Of a stretch of 51,930 nucleotides of DNA, positions 40,614 through 50,756 are shown piece by piece (within the stretch, counting starts at the first letter, position 1; each line of letters begins with the position of its first letter). Source of the DNA: an uncultured Rhizobium sp. (lineage in GTDB: Bacteria > Bacteroidota > Bacteroidia > NS11-12g > UBA955); assembly GCA_964592635.1 (NCBI GenBank), contig CAZQFZ010000002.1, forward strand, positions 4,956 through 56,885, written 5' to 3'. A program made the translations under genes and the position numbers. The notes beneath the pieces were generated by a model. That model saw nothing but the letters and a program-made list of their open reading frames with translations, ran no database searches and had not been told where the DNA came from.

Positions 40614-41420
40614 ATGAATGTTAAGTTTGTACTTCTAAGTTTTGTTTTTTGGGGGACATCCTTCACCCTCTCAGCCCAAAACAAGACTTTAAAAACGCGA
40701 GATGGTATGCCTATCGGCACCAGGACTGAGTTTATTGACGCTTGTCGCAAAGGCGCTGGACAAGAATTAATTGAAATTGAAGGTGTTCAATTGGCTACGG
40801 TCGACTATTGTGCATGTGTTTGCGATAATTTGATTCCGAAAGTGGATAGTCGCGAGTTGATTACAGCCGTTCAAGAAGGGAATATGGTGGCTTATTTACT
40901 CAACGATAGCAATCGCGCAATTGTTATGGAATGTGTCTTGGCAAACATGAAAACCAATCCGAATTTTGCAAACATCCCCGAAAAAAAATATTCAACCAAT
41001 GAATACAAAAAAGAGGATATAGTTGGTAGCGACGAGTTTACGGAATTGAATTTAAAGGAATTGCCGAATTCCGTTTTTACAGTATCTATTACAGTTGATG
41101 GGGTGATTCGCAACTTTGTTTTCGATACCGGTGCCAGTGAAATGATTATCGACTCCGATCTCGAACGCGAATTATTGTTAAACGGTTCAATTGGTCGCGA
41201 AAATTACCTCGAAAAACGACCATTTACTTTGGCCAATGGCGATAAAGTTACAGCTCAAATGATTCGAGTAAATAACGTTAGAGTGGGAGATTACGTAGTG
41301 AACAATGCGGTGATTGCTGTAATTGATCGTGGTGATTTGCTTTTGGGGACTGGTTTTCTGAAGAAATTTAAGAACTGGAGTTTGGACAGTCAGAATAAGT
41401 TAATCAAAGTGTATAAATAA
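40614..41420 (+). CDS. Secreted retropepsin-like aspartic protease
   Basis: Signal peptide; FVFDTGAS, LANG, LLLGTGFLKKF; Cys-rich N-terminal domain (YCACVC). Confidence 0.88.
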   Translation: MNVKFVLLSFVFWGTSFTLSAQNKTLKTRDGMPIGTRTEFIDACRKGAGQELIEIEGVQLATVDYCACVCDNLIPKVDSRELITAVQEGNMVAYLLNDSNRAIVMECVLANMKTNPNFANIPEKKYSTNEYKKEDIVGSDEFTELNLKELPNSVFTVSITVDGVIRNFVFDTGASEMIIDSDLERELLLNGSIGRENYLEKRPFTLANGDKVTAQMIRVNNVRVGDYVVNNAVIAVIDRGDLLLGTGFLKKFKNWSLDSQNKLIKVYK

Positions 41421-41422
41421 CG

Positions 41423-41992
41423 TTAAGAGTAAATCTCGATACCGATGTGTTGAATTAATCCGCGAATTTCGGATTCGGAGAATTTTGCTTTCTTTAGATA
41501 ATTTTTTGCTGGATCGATGCTAAAATTTCGACTTCCCCGCAAATCAGCTTTTTCCAAATGGGTTTGGTCGAAGATAGCTCCCATTAAATTGCAATCTAAT
41601 AATTTAGCTTCAGTTAAATCGCATTCTGTAAAATCTACTTGTTTTAAATCGCACCCTGAAAAGTGAGTTTTTTTCAATTTCAATTTATAGAAATTGGATA
41701 GTTCCAAATTACATTCTTCGAATTTCATAGAGAGTAAAAGCGTTTCGCATTGAAAGAATGGAATCCCCAATAATTTACAGCGTTGAAACAATACATCTCT
41801 GAAGGAAGATTTGTAGGTTTTGCAATTGATAAATTCACAATTTTCAAAGATACATTCACTGAAAATGGCATTAGAAATATCGGTATCTACCCACTTGCAG
41901 TCAACAAATTTACATTCTGAATATTCGGTAATTTCAAAATGCATATTCATATTACGAAAATCAACGTGTTTAAATACTTCTAATTCAATCAT
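41423..41992 (-). CDS. Pentapeptide-repeat protein
   Basis: Regular F.xC.F / DF..CDL..A five-residue periodicity; ADLR...IDP..N..KKAKFS end. Confidence 0.92.
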   Translation of the reverse strand: MIELEVFKHVDFRNMNMHFEITEYSECKFVDCKWVDTDISNAIFSECIFENCEFINCKTYKSSFRDVLFQRCKLLGIPFFQCETLLLSMKFEECNLELSNFYKLKLKKTHFSGCDLKQVDFTECDLTEAKLLDCNLMGAIFDQTHLEKADLRGSRNFSIDPAKNYLKKAKFSESEIRGLIQHIGIEIYS

Positions 41993-42206
41993 GATGAAAA
42001 AAATAGCGGTTGCTGCTTATTTCCTCAAAATTAGAACTAATTCACTACTTTTTTCTACTTTAGTAATTTTAACCTTCTTGCATTTTGAGATAAACAGATT
42101 TTCATTGGTAGTTCGTGTTTTAAAAAGTTTTATCGGGGATTTGATTTTTTTCAGAACTTTCGTTGATTGGGTTTGTTTCAATTGTAATTAGATTTGTAAA
42201 TCCACC

Positions 42207-42599
42207 ATGAGCTCCATTCTCACATCCCCAGAAACTTTAGAACTTCCAGCGGAATTGTTAGAGTCGCTGGTTGAAATACAAGAACAACGACAAATTACGG
42301 TTATTGTTTCTGCTATAGTTCAACCATATAGTTCAGCACGACGAATTTGGCCCAATATTGAACTTCGATCGGAGGTGAATTCTGAGCGAGCAAAACTTGT
42401 ACAAGCGATAGGTCTGTTGCCTTTTCCTAATTGGACACCCATTCCTGCGCGCTCTCAGAAGGAATTTTGCCTTATTTTCGAACCATTAAGTTCTGAAGTT
42501 AGTGTTTTTTCCATTGTGGAAGAAATACCCGAAAGTGGTGGCTTCTTTCAAGCAGGAATTCTACGAAACAAAACGGATGTTTACCGGGTGCAACATTAG
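42207..42599 (+). CDS. Conserved hypothetical protein
   Basis: RIWP...LIFEPL...EEIPESGGF...I.RNKTDVY pattern; TAGATTTG -7 box at 42189-96. Confidence 0.75.
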   Translation: MSSILTSPETLELPAELLESLVEIQEQRQITVIVSAIVQPYSSARRIWPNIELRSEVNSERAKLVQAIGLLPFPNWTPIPARSQKEFCLIFEPLSSEVSVFSIVEEIPESGGFFQAGILRNKTDVYRVQH

Positions 42600-42661
42600 T
42601 TTTTGTTGATATTTCGTTTCAAAACACCTCAAAACACCCTTTAAATGTAGTATGCTGAAAA

Positions 42662-44872
42662 TTATATCTTGATGAATTTCAATACGCTGTAACCATGAGT
42701 ATGTTGAGCGTGAATTTCATAAATTCCGACTGACAAATTAGAAACATCCAATTCAGCTACCGAATCTACATTGGCGTAATGTTGTACAATTTCGCCAGTT
42801 GGCAATCTTAACCAAATTTCCAGTTTGAACCCCGAAGTGTTTTGCAAATACAAAATCGATTCTGTTGGATTGGGAAAAATACTTAATCCATGAATGGGAG
42901 AATGATTTTGAGATAAACGATTGATAGTAAAATTGTACCAATCCGATTCGCAAATGCATTTTGCACCTAAGCTGTTCTGGGCTTTCACTTTAATTTTATA
43001 GGTTCCATCACTGGGTAATTGAAATAATGCATTCGCATTGATTCCGCTTGATTTGATGGTACCAATTCCTTCCACAATAAAACTGTAATCCACGTTGTTC
43101 TGTCCACCGATATTTCCAATGGAGTCTTTGGGTTGAACATTAACTCCATAATAATATGTTTTGTAATCTGTTTTTGCCGAAACTAGGCAAGTTCTTGGCT
43201 TTTCCTCAATATCTACTGTTTTGATAATGCTGTCCTTGCAATTGGCTTCCCCCAAAATAAATAAGCGCACATTATATGTGGTAGTTTTTTTGACGGAATA
43301 CGATTTTTTAACGGTGCTATCGAATGTGTTGTTCTTATCGCCAAAATTCCAACTAAGCAGTTTGATTTTTCCATAATCATTTTTGGATGCGGAATTAAAC
43401 CGAATGGTATCACCGGAGCAGAAATTAGACGCAGGCACGGTGGTGAAATTTGCTTTTGGCTTTGAAAATACTGGGTGCAAAATGGTATCTGATTGCAGGC
43501 AATTGCGGTTGGTTCGAGCTGAAACAACAATTTGATTTATACCGCTACTGCTGAATTTATGCTTAAAAGAGGATTCATAAAAGAAATTGTCGTTGGGCAA
43601 TTGCCACTGTATTTCGTCTATACTGTCCTTCGATAGTCCTAAATTCATTGCCAATTTTACAGAATCATAGATGCAAGTGGAGTCTATTTTAACTGTAAAG
43701 TTTGGCATATCATACACGTAGATGTTTTTTGAAGTTGAATCATTGCAGTTTTTCTCGCTCGTACAAATGAGTTGAACACCATATTTTCCGGGTTTTGTAA
43801 GGGAATAATCGAAGTTGGTCAAGGTGTCTTTGTAGTTTGCGGGGGACGTTATTTTCCAATTAAATTTCAAATTTCCGTTGGCAATAAATGAATTGTTGGT
43901 AAAAAAGAACGCATTGTTTTTCAAACATTGAGTACTGTCGTTGATTGAAAATAGTGGATGTGGCTTGGGATATATTATAACAGTAGTAAAGGAAGTATCT
44001 TGACAACCGTATTTTCCCACTGCTGTAAATTTGAATTTCTCGGTATCCGAAATTCCATTTATAGTAACATCTTTGGTTTTACCTACTGTATCTGAATTGA
44101 GAGTCCAAAAACCAGTTGAAGTTGTTTTTGCTTGAAGTTTAATTTTTTCATTTTCGCAATAGGGACCTAAATTGCTGGTGGTAACAGATGTGCTATATTC
44201 CCAAAATGAACTGTAATTGAGTGAAGTGCAGATAGAAGTGTAGGGGTCTGTATGCAAATAGTCGAATAATAAAATGGCTGGAATCCATTTGTTGCAGCTG
44301 CCGTAAGAAGCGCAATTTAGAGCATCTGAAGGCCCGTATGCTTCCAATAATAACCGAACATTATAATCGCTGTTGGCACGAATAAAATATCCCGAATCGA
44401 ATCGAGTTAAACCAATGAAATTATTGGAATTGTCAAATAGATTGACCGTAAGTCGTACAGGAATACTCTTGGTAGTAAAACTATTTGTGTTGCTGCTAGT
44501 TAGGTATTTATAGTTGGTATTGCCTGTAAATACCAATCTACCTGAATCGGGTTTTGACAAACTGTTGCTGAGTACGAGTCTATTCATACCGCTACATGAC
44601 ATATTAGGTGGCTGATTATTAGCACCATTGATCACATTTTGAAGAGTGTCTTTGAGTCCCCAATACCAACAAGTACCAAAATTCGACCAGCTATCTGATT
44701 GAAATGAAAGTACTTGTCCATTAGTGGTGTTGGCCCAACTTCTAACGTCTGAAAACTGTGGGGTAACTTTAACTACTTTGGGAATATTGATTCTTTTTTG
44801 TGAAATACCCGAATTCCATCCCCCAAAAATAGAAAGAAACAGAAACAGGATTTTTAAACGGGTTGAGGTCAT
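42662..44872 (-). CDS. T9SS type A cargo protein with PKD domains
   Basis: Signal peptide; PKD-like P.ANF...C..F.S.S..WNFGD..Y.V.L; C-terminal IFPNPT...DVSNLSVGIY...LKFIKI. Confidence 0.88.
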   Translation of the reverse strand: MTSTRLKILFLFLSIFGGWNSGISQKRINIPKVVKVTPQFSDVRSWANTTNGQVLSFQSDSWSNFGTCWYWGLKDTLQNVINGANNQPPNMSCSGMNRLVLSNSLSKPDSGRLVFTGNTNYKYLTSSNTNSFTTKSIPVRLTVNLFDNSNNFIGLTRFDSGYFIRANSDYNVRLLLEAYGPSDALNCASYGSCNKWIPAILLFDYLHTDPYTSICTSLNYSSFWEYSTSVTTSNLGPYCENEKIKLQAKTTSTGFWTLNSDTVGKTKDVTINGISDTEKFKFTAVGKYGCQDTSFTTVIIYPKPHPLFSINDSTQCLKNNAFFFTNNSFIANGNLKFNWKITSPANYKDTLTNFDYSLTKPGKYGVQLICTSEKNCNDSTSKNIYVYDMPNFTVKIDSTCIYDSVKLAMNLGLSKDSIDEIQWQLPNDNFFYESSFKHKFSSSGINQIVVSARTNRNCLQSDTILHPVFSKPKANFTTVPASNFCSGDTIRFNSASKNDYGKIKLLSWNFGDKNNTFDSTVKKSYSVKKTTTYNVRLFILGEANCKDSIIKTVDIEEKPRTCLVSAKTDYKTYYYGVNVQPKDSIGNIGGQNNVDYSFIVEGIGTIKSSGINANALFQLPSDGTYKIKVKAQNSLGAKCICESDWYNFTINRLSQNHSPIHGLSIFPNPTESILYLQNTSGFKLEIWLRLPTGEIVQHYANVDSVAELDVSNLSVGIYEIHAQHTHGYSVLKFIKI

Positions 44873-44875
44873 GAT

Positions 44876-47569
44876 TTAGTTTTTAACTTGAAATTTTACA
44901 GTATTTCTGCCCTTGGAATGAATGATTTCTGCTATATAAATTCCTGATGTTAGGTTGGAACAATCTATTTGAAATTGGTCGATTGTATAGTTCATTTCAT
45001 TAACGGATTTGCTGTTATGCATTATGGGAGTAAAGGAGTTGTTTGCTTCTATTGAAAGTATATTGGCGGTTGAAATATCCAATAATTTTTTGCCCTGCAA
45101 GGAATAAATGCTGCACGACTTTAAATTGATGGGATGGTTGAAATGAATATTTAATAACCCATTGGTAGGATTGGGGTAGGCCAACAAACCTATAGAATTG
45201 TGCGATTTTAATAATTGATTTGAAGCAGAAAAATTGGAATCTAAAGCAAAGTCAAAACTAAAATCATCCAAAATTGCAAAAGCCCTTTTCCCCGAATTGG
45301 TGTTTATTTCAGACTTTAAGTAGATTGAAATACTTGCATCAGTAGCCAAATTTTGGGTGTTGTAGTATTCAATAGGGAAATTAAATGAGCTCCAACTATC
45401 TGAGGCATTTACGATGGTATTTCTTGAAAATCCAATGATTTGTGTATCCTTGAAAATGTAAGATTCTATAAACAAGGTATCGTAAATTGATTGTGGGAAA
45501 AACTGAAAATAACCATGCAAGCTTCGGTGGTTGGAGGTGATTTTTGTTTTTCGAGGGAAGTGGGTATTGCTATCATTTAGCAATTGTCCGTACATCAAAC
45601 TACCCATAGATCTGCTCGAATGAAGTTCGAATTTAACTCCGGTACTCTTTGAATGGTAACCCCTGGTAGGTTCCACGATGGTTTCGCTTAGATCTAAGTA
45701 ATTGCGACTGCCCCAATTCTTCAACTCAAAGGAATTTTGAATATTCCAATTGGAAAAACCTGGATTAGGCAAAGGATTGCTGGAATTGTTGGTCCATACC
45801 GAATCCAACCACAAAATACTCGATGTATCGGTTCGATTATTGAAGTAATCAGTAGAAAGTACAATTAATATTAATGAGTCGTAAGAACTTGAATTCAACC
45901 TGGTTGGAAATTTCAAAATAGTATCTTGATGTACCATACCAGACCAGCGGTAGTCGATTTGCTTAAATTCTTTTTGTGCCGTGTTTTTAAATCGCAAACT
46001 CAAGTATGCTGAATCGCTTTTGGCTATTTTATACCGACATTTTAAATAAACGGTATCGATTTTTTGTTGTAGGGGGATCCCTCCTCGAATGGAATCGTTT
46101 TGAACGTTTGCTAAAAACACACCACCGGGTTCGTTGAGGTGATTCGATTTTATTTCAATCCATTGGTTATTTAAAATGGATTTTACATTGCCAACAGTTC
46201 CCCAATTCTCCAGTGTTTTGGTTTCTGTGGTGTCCCAAAATTCAAAGTCAAAATTGGTGTAATTGTCGAAACGCAAATCCAATTGGATTTTTTCAGATCG
46301 AACAGAAACGTCTTTGTAATATGCGATTAATTGAAATTGATATACCCCCGAAACAAGATTTAAATATGAATTGATGAGCACAGGTTCGAATCCTGTCAAT
46401 TTACCCAAGAATATACTGTCTTTTTTGGAGTTCATACCTTCATAAATCAAATAGCAAGAGGGATTTAGACCCTTGGGTTGTATGTAATTGATGATTTTGA
46501 TTTCTCTTTTTTTTGTGACTTTAATTTCAGAAATCTGCACAGTAGGTATTTGATAACTGCTGTTGTAAAATGTTATAGTTCTACCCTGATTTCCACAAAT
46601 TATGCCACTTCCGGGATGGATTAAACTCAGGTTATTTAATGTTCTATTATCCGAATTTTGATTGGGTAATTGGATATTTAATAGCGTTTTACAAGTGTCT
46701 TTGGAGTAATAAAGATGGCTTTTTGAAAGAATATAAGCTTCACCACTTAGAAATCGTATTTGAGAGAAATAACTTCCTTTTTCGCTGTATCGTTTGGTAA
46801 AATTGTGGTTTGTATGATTGTAGATCCAAATAGTTTGTTGGGTATCGGAATTATTGATTTCTTGTCCCGAAATAAAGAACTGTTCTTTCGTAATCCAAGC
46901 CATAGAATAAAAGGAAAGTTTAGAAGACGAAGAAAGAGTTAAGGACTCCCAGTTGTTGCCTCCATTTTGAGAATGCAGTAAAATTCCAGTTTGCGTAATT
47001 ATCCAAAGTTTCAAGGAATCAGAGTGCAAAAGGTACATTGGTTTACCCCAGTTACTATCCACAACAGTTTGAAAACTCTCAGCTTCATTTTCTGTTTTGA
47101 GCACAATAGTTTTTTTATTGGTTTCATTCCACCCGATAACTATACCTTTTTTGCTATTGGGAAATGATGCTGCCGTAAATTCAGTATTGGAATGATTGTT
47201 TAGGCGTGATAGATTCCAGGTAGTTCCATTATCCGTGCTAAATCCAATGGTGCCAGACCTTCCAAGTGTCAACAACTTGTTTGCATGGATCTGAACAATG
47301 CAGCTTAGCATTCCCCCCAATTGGTCTTTGACGATGTTCCAAGTTTTACAGGTATCGGTACTTCTATAAATCCCACTAATGGAATCATTTCTTAGCCAAC
47401 CACCAACCATAATTACACTAGCATTGGGTGCAACTAGTATGTCTTTTCCGTTTCTGTATCTAGGTAATTCGGAAGTATTAAATTCAAATGTTTGGGATAA
47501 AACAGGCTTAACCCCAAAGATGAAAAATCCAATCAGCAGGGTAATTCTGATTCTTTTGAAAAAGGTCAT
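44876..47569 (-). CDS. T9SS type A cargo protein with N-terminal BNR/YCF48-like propeller
   Basis: Asp-box repeats STDTCKTW, STDNGTTW, SQNGGNNW; NFDFEFW and NPGFSNW domain starts; C-terminal YPNPTNG...SNLTSGIY...KFQVKN. Confidence 0.85.
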   Translation of the reverse strand: MTFFKRIRITLLIGFFIFGVKPVLSQTFEFNTSELPRYRNGKDILVAPNASVIMVGGWLRNDSISGIYRSTDTCKTWNIVKDQLGGMLSCIVQIHANKLLTLGRSGTIGFSTDNGTTWNLSRLNNHSNTEFTAASFPNSKKGIVIGWNETNKKTIVLKTENEAESFQTVVDSNWGKPMYLLHSDSLKLWIITQTGILLHSQNGGNNWESLTLSSSSKLSFYSMAWITKEQFFISGQEINNSDTQQTIWIYNHTNHNFTKRYSEKGSYFSQIRFLSGEAYILSKSHLYYSKDTCKTLLNIQLPNQNSDNRTLNNLSLIHPGSGIICGNQGRTITFYNSSYQIPTVQISEIKVTKKREIKIINYIQPKGLNPSCYLIYEGMNSKKDSIFLGKLTGFEPVLINSYLNLVSGVYQFQLIAYYKDVSVRSEKIQLDLRFDNYTNFDFEFWDTTETKTLENWGTVGNVKSILNNQWIEIKSNHLNEPGGVFLANVQNDSIRGGIPLQQKIDTVYLKCRYKIAKSDSAYLSLRFKNTAQKEFKQIDYRWSGMVHQDTILKFPTRLNSSSYDSLILIVLSTDYFNNRTDTSSILWLDSVWTNNSSNPLPNPGFSNWNIQNSFELKNWGSRNYLDLSETIVEPTRGYHSKSTGVKFELHSSRSMGSLMYGQLLNDSNTHFPRKTKITSNHRSLHGYFQFFPQSIYDTLFIESYIFKDTQIIGFSRNTIVNASDSWSSFNFPIEYYNTQNLATDASISIYLKSEINTNSGKRAFAILDDFSFDFALDSNFSASNQLLKSHNSIGLLAYPNPTNGLLNIHFNHPINLKSCSIYSLQGKKLLDISTANILSIEANNSFTPIMHNSKSVNEMNYTIDQFQIDCSNLTSGIYIAEIIHSKGRNTVKFQVKN

Positions 47570-47671
47570 GATATGACAAAATGATAAACGTACTCAAAAC
47601 TAAACTAAATCACAAACAAGTTTGTACCGAAAAATTGGTACATTTTGCGAATGAACATCCCCCGAAAAAAA

Positions 47672-47694
47672 AGGCCACCCCAAGGGATGGCCTA
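47672..47694 (-). terminator. Intrinsic terminator downstream of the T9SS gene remnant
   Basis: Minus strand AGGCCATCCC-TTG-GGGTGGCCT followed by a T run. Confidence 0.7.
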
Positions 47695-47716
47695 AAAATA
47701 AATTAGAATAAAAGGA

Positions 47717-47836
47717 TTATTGCTTTATGAATTTGACATGAGCGGTTTTTCCAAGTGAATGAATAGTCAAGAAGTAGATTCCGTTAGGAAGGGTTTCAAC
47801 ATTTAATTCTTGGTCATTCGTAAAATGTGTACAAAT
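47717..47836 (-). pseudogene. 3' remnant of a T9SS-secreted protein gene
   Basis: Hand translation ICTHFTNDQELNVETLPNGIYFLTIHSLGKTAHVKFIKQ*, the second half of a T9SS CTD; in-frame TAA immediately upstream and no ATG. Confidence 0.8.
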
Positions 47837-47972
47837 TTAGTCAATTTTAACACTTCGTTAATATATAACTATTTTTCACTCCTTGAAAATTGTAAATTCT
47901 GTATTGGATTCATTCGAACCAAATCATTTTTACTCGTATTTTTGTTTCTTTCTTATAACCCTATTTTTATTA

Positions 47973-49388
47973 ATGAAACCATACGGATTTGAGCTTCTCT
48001 GTCAAGGTGGAGATGAACGATTGGATATTTTGGAAAACGGCTTGAATAAGTATTACATTCACCCATCACAATTTGAAAAAACATTGTTTAGGGGTTCATG
48101 TACGTGCAATTCTTTGAATTCAATCTCAGCACATGAATACCATCAAATGTGTGATGAATTATCTAATAAACCACTTATAGATAGTCAGGTAGAAGAATTA
48201 AGGAATCAAATTCAAACTGCGTTCAAATCACCCAATAATCCTATCGATTTTGAGGTTTTTATTGCACCATCTGGCACCGATTTGGTGTATTTACCACTTT
48301 GGTTTAAGTCCATTCTACATCCCCAAAAACGAATTGTAAACGTATTGACTTGTCCGGAAGAATTGGGCTCTGGCACCGTTTTAGCTTCTGAAGGGAAATA
48401 CTATTTTGCCAAGAATCAGTTTGGTGATTCCGTAGATAAGAACGAATTCGTGGGAATTGAATCTGAAATTGAATTAATACAGCTTCCTGCTCGCGACGAA
48501 AATGGGAATATTTACAAACACGAACACGAAATTCAACGTATAATTCAACAAAAAAAAGAGGACCAAACGCTTTTGGTTAATTTTGTTTTGGGAAGTAAAT
48601 CCGGTATTGAAGATAATCTTTCATTGATTCCTAAATATCAAAAGGAGGCCATGTTTGTGGTGGATATGTGCCAACTGCGGGTGAATATTGAACTCATTAA
48701 TCAAACTCTATCCCATGGCGCTTGTGTGATGATTACGGGTTCTAAATTTTTTCAAGCACCCTTGTTTTGTGCAGCTTTGTTGGTTCCCCAAACCATTATT
48801 CAGCAACTTCAACAAAACGACTCGGTTACCAATTCTACTACCCAGGGGGTATCAGCCATCTTTTCTCAATCGGATATTCCTCCTGTTTTGAATTCTTTGA
48901 GGACGCAACTCAGAGAATTTTATAACCAAGGCCTGTATATGCGATGGAAAATCGCAATCAATGAAATTCAACGGTTTAACCAATTAGATCAGCATAAAGT
49001 TACCCAATTGATTTCGGTGTGGAATAGTTTTGTTTCCAGCGAAATTGCTCAAAAACCAGAATTTGAATTGATGAAAGATTTTGACCTCACCAACAAAACC
49101 ATCATTTCATTTCGTGTGAAATTTGATGATGGACGGTATTTAGGACATGAGGAATTGCAGTTGTTGTACCAAGAGCTGTTAACTTCGGAATCTGAAGAAT
49201 TGGGTGGTTTGAAGTTGCAAATGGGTCAACCAGTGCGCTATGGCAATAAGTCATTTATTCGTTTGGCCATTGGAGCTGTGAATATTCGTGAATTTATTGA
49301 AAAAGGCCTAGATCTAAATTTGGAGGGCCGGATTTTGGAAACCATTTCTTTGGCTCTAAAGCGTTTGCATCATGCACCCTGTAACTGA
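47973..49388 (+). CDS. Uncharacterised PLP-dependent transferase (fold type I-like)
   Basis: IAPSGTD, FVVDMCQ (Asp), MITGSKFFQAP (putative PLP lysine); start taken at MKPYG (alternative TTG 47883). Confidence 0.7.
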   Translation: MKPYGFELLCQGGDERLDILENGLNKYYIHPSQFEKTLFRGSCTCNSLNSISAHEYHQMCDELSNKPLIDSQVEELRNQIQTAFKSPNNPIDFEVFIAPSGTDLVYLPLWFKSILHPQKRIVNVLTCPEELGSGTVLASEGKYYFAKNQFGDSVDKNEFVGIESEIELIQLPARDENGNIYKHEHEIQRIIQQKKEDQTLLVNFVLGSKSGIEDNLSLIPKYQKEAMFVVDMCQLRVNIELINQTLSHGACVMITGSKFFQAPLFCAALLVPQTIIQQLQQNDSVTNSTTQGVSAIFSQSDIPPVLNSLRTQLREFYNQGLYMRWKIAINEIQRFNQLDQHKVTQLISVWNSFVSSEIAQKPEFELMKDFDLTNKTIISFRVKFDDGRYLGHEELQLLYQELLTSESEELGGLKLQMGQPVRYGNKSFIRLAIGAVNIREFIEKGLDLNLEGRILETISLALKRLHHAPCN

Positions 49389-50613
49389 TTTTTTTGGTTT
49401 TTTATCGGGTGACGATGATTCGGTAGTGGTTATAGATCTTCACTATTCCATCAATCGGATCAAATCCATGAATGAGCGTTTGAATCCTACTGGTTTGAAC
49501 GCCATTGCCATTAAAACCAATCCTTTGGTTGAAGTTCTTCGAAATTTATATCAACAAGGTGCCGCGTTTGAAGCTGCTTCCATGGGTGAAATTGCCATTG
49601 CCAAGGCAGCTGGAGTTCCCAATAATCGCATCGTATTTGATTCGCCGGTGAAAACTAAACAGGATTTATTATGGTTGAATTCTTACTTTCTCGGGGGATA
49701 TATTAACGCAGATTCATTCGAGGATTTGCAAAATATGCAACACTTTTCGGAAGAAATTCAAATCGGACTCCGATTGAATCCATCTATGAATATAAATTCT
49801 CCTAATTCGCTCAATGTCAGTGGGGCAAATTCAAAATTCGGTGAATTGTTTCAGGAGGTCACCCAAGATTGGATTGATCTGTTAACGAGAATTAGCCGTT
49901 TGGATGGTTTACATGTGCATCAGGCCTCTCAAAATAGTGATTTTTCCAATACCATTAAAGGAATTCGCAAAGTGGTGGACCTAGCGAACGCCCTTCCCCC
50001 GAAAAAAATAAAATTCATCAATATTGGCGGAGGATTGGCATTCGATTATTATCAATCCAAAGAAGCAGATATCGATTTGTATTTTTCTGAATTGAAAGCA
50101 ATTTGTCCGGAATTATTCGATGGAACCTACCAGTTGATAACCGAATTTGGACGGTACTATTATGCAGGTGGGACTGCCGTTTATTCGCGTGTTGAACACG
50201 TTAAAGAAATAGCGAATGGCCGAAAATTGGCCATCATACATGTAGGCGCGGATATGTTTTTGCGGGAATCGTACAACAATTCAGATTGGTATCATCGATT
50301 AAGTGTTTTAGATGCAAGCGGTCATGAAGTAAACACAAATCAAAGGAGTTTGACCTATAATTATGATATCGGTGGACCCTTGTGTTTTGCGGGCGATATT
50401 CCATTTAGAAATCATGATCTTCCTGAAATTCAAGTAGGTGATTGGTTGAAAATACACGATGCAGGAGCCAATACGTTTGCCTTGTGGTCTAGACACTGCA
50501 GCAGGCCTTTTCCTTTGGTTTTGGGATACTTGAATGGTGAATATTGTGTATTAAAACATCGTGAAACGCTACACGATATAGTGAATTTTTGGAGCGATGA
50601 AAGAAATTCATAA
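49372..50613 (+). CDS. Diaminopimelate/ornithine decarboxylase family enzyme (PLP fold type III)
   Basis: AIKTNP (PLP Lys), EAASMGE, SKFG, HVHQASQ, NIGGG, EFGRY, GPLCFAGD, DAGA. Confidence 0.88.
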   Translation: MHPVTDFFGFLSGDDDSVVVIDLHYSINRIKSMNERLNPTGLNAIAIKTNPLVEVLRNLYQQGAAFEAASMGEIAIAKAAGVPNNRIVFDSPVKTKQDLLWLNSYFLGGYINADSFEDLQNMQHFSEEIQIGLRLNPSMNINSPNSLNVSGANSKFGELFQEVTQDWIDLLTRISRLDGLHVHQASQNSDFSNTIKGIRKVVDLANALPPKKIKFINIGGGLAFDYYQSKEADIDLYFSELKAICPELFDGTYQLITEFGRYYYAGGTAVYSRVEHVKEIANGRKLAIIHVGADMFLRESYNNSDWYHRLSVLDASGHEVNTNQRSLTYNYDIGGPLCFAGDIPFRNHDLPEIQVGDWLKIHDAGANTFALWSRHCSRPFPLVLGYLNGEYCVLKHRETLHDIVNFWSDERNS

Positions 50614-50756
50614 TTTTGTAACAGTGAATCGAATAGACTCCATACTACAGTTCAAATTATTCCACTTTTTAACTTGCATGTATCATTTAAAACAAAACGC
50701 AATGCTGCGTGTTGCTTTTCGAAAACAATTAACAATACAAATTAGGGAGGTGCAAC

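Noticed and set aside
41423-41992. qnr quinolone-resistance gene
   Set aside because: Generic chromosomal pentapeptide-repeat protein; no Qnr-specific features recognised and no mobile context
42620-42640. CAAAACACC twice (and ACCAATTC twice near 39598)
   Set aside because: Very short local duplications in AT-rich spacers; no evidence of function
49372-50613. Assigning the symbol lysA
   Set aside because: Family is clear, but substrate-site motifs deviate and the context is not lysine biosynthesis
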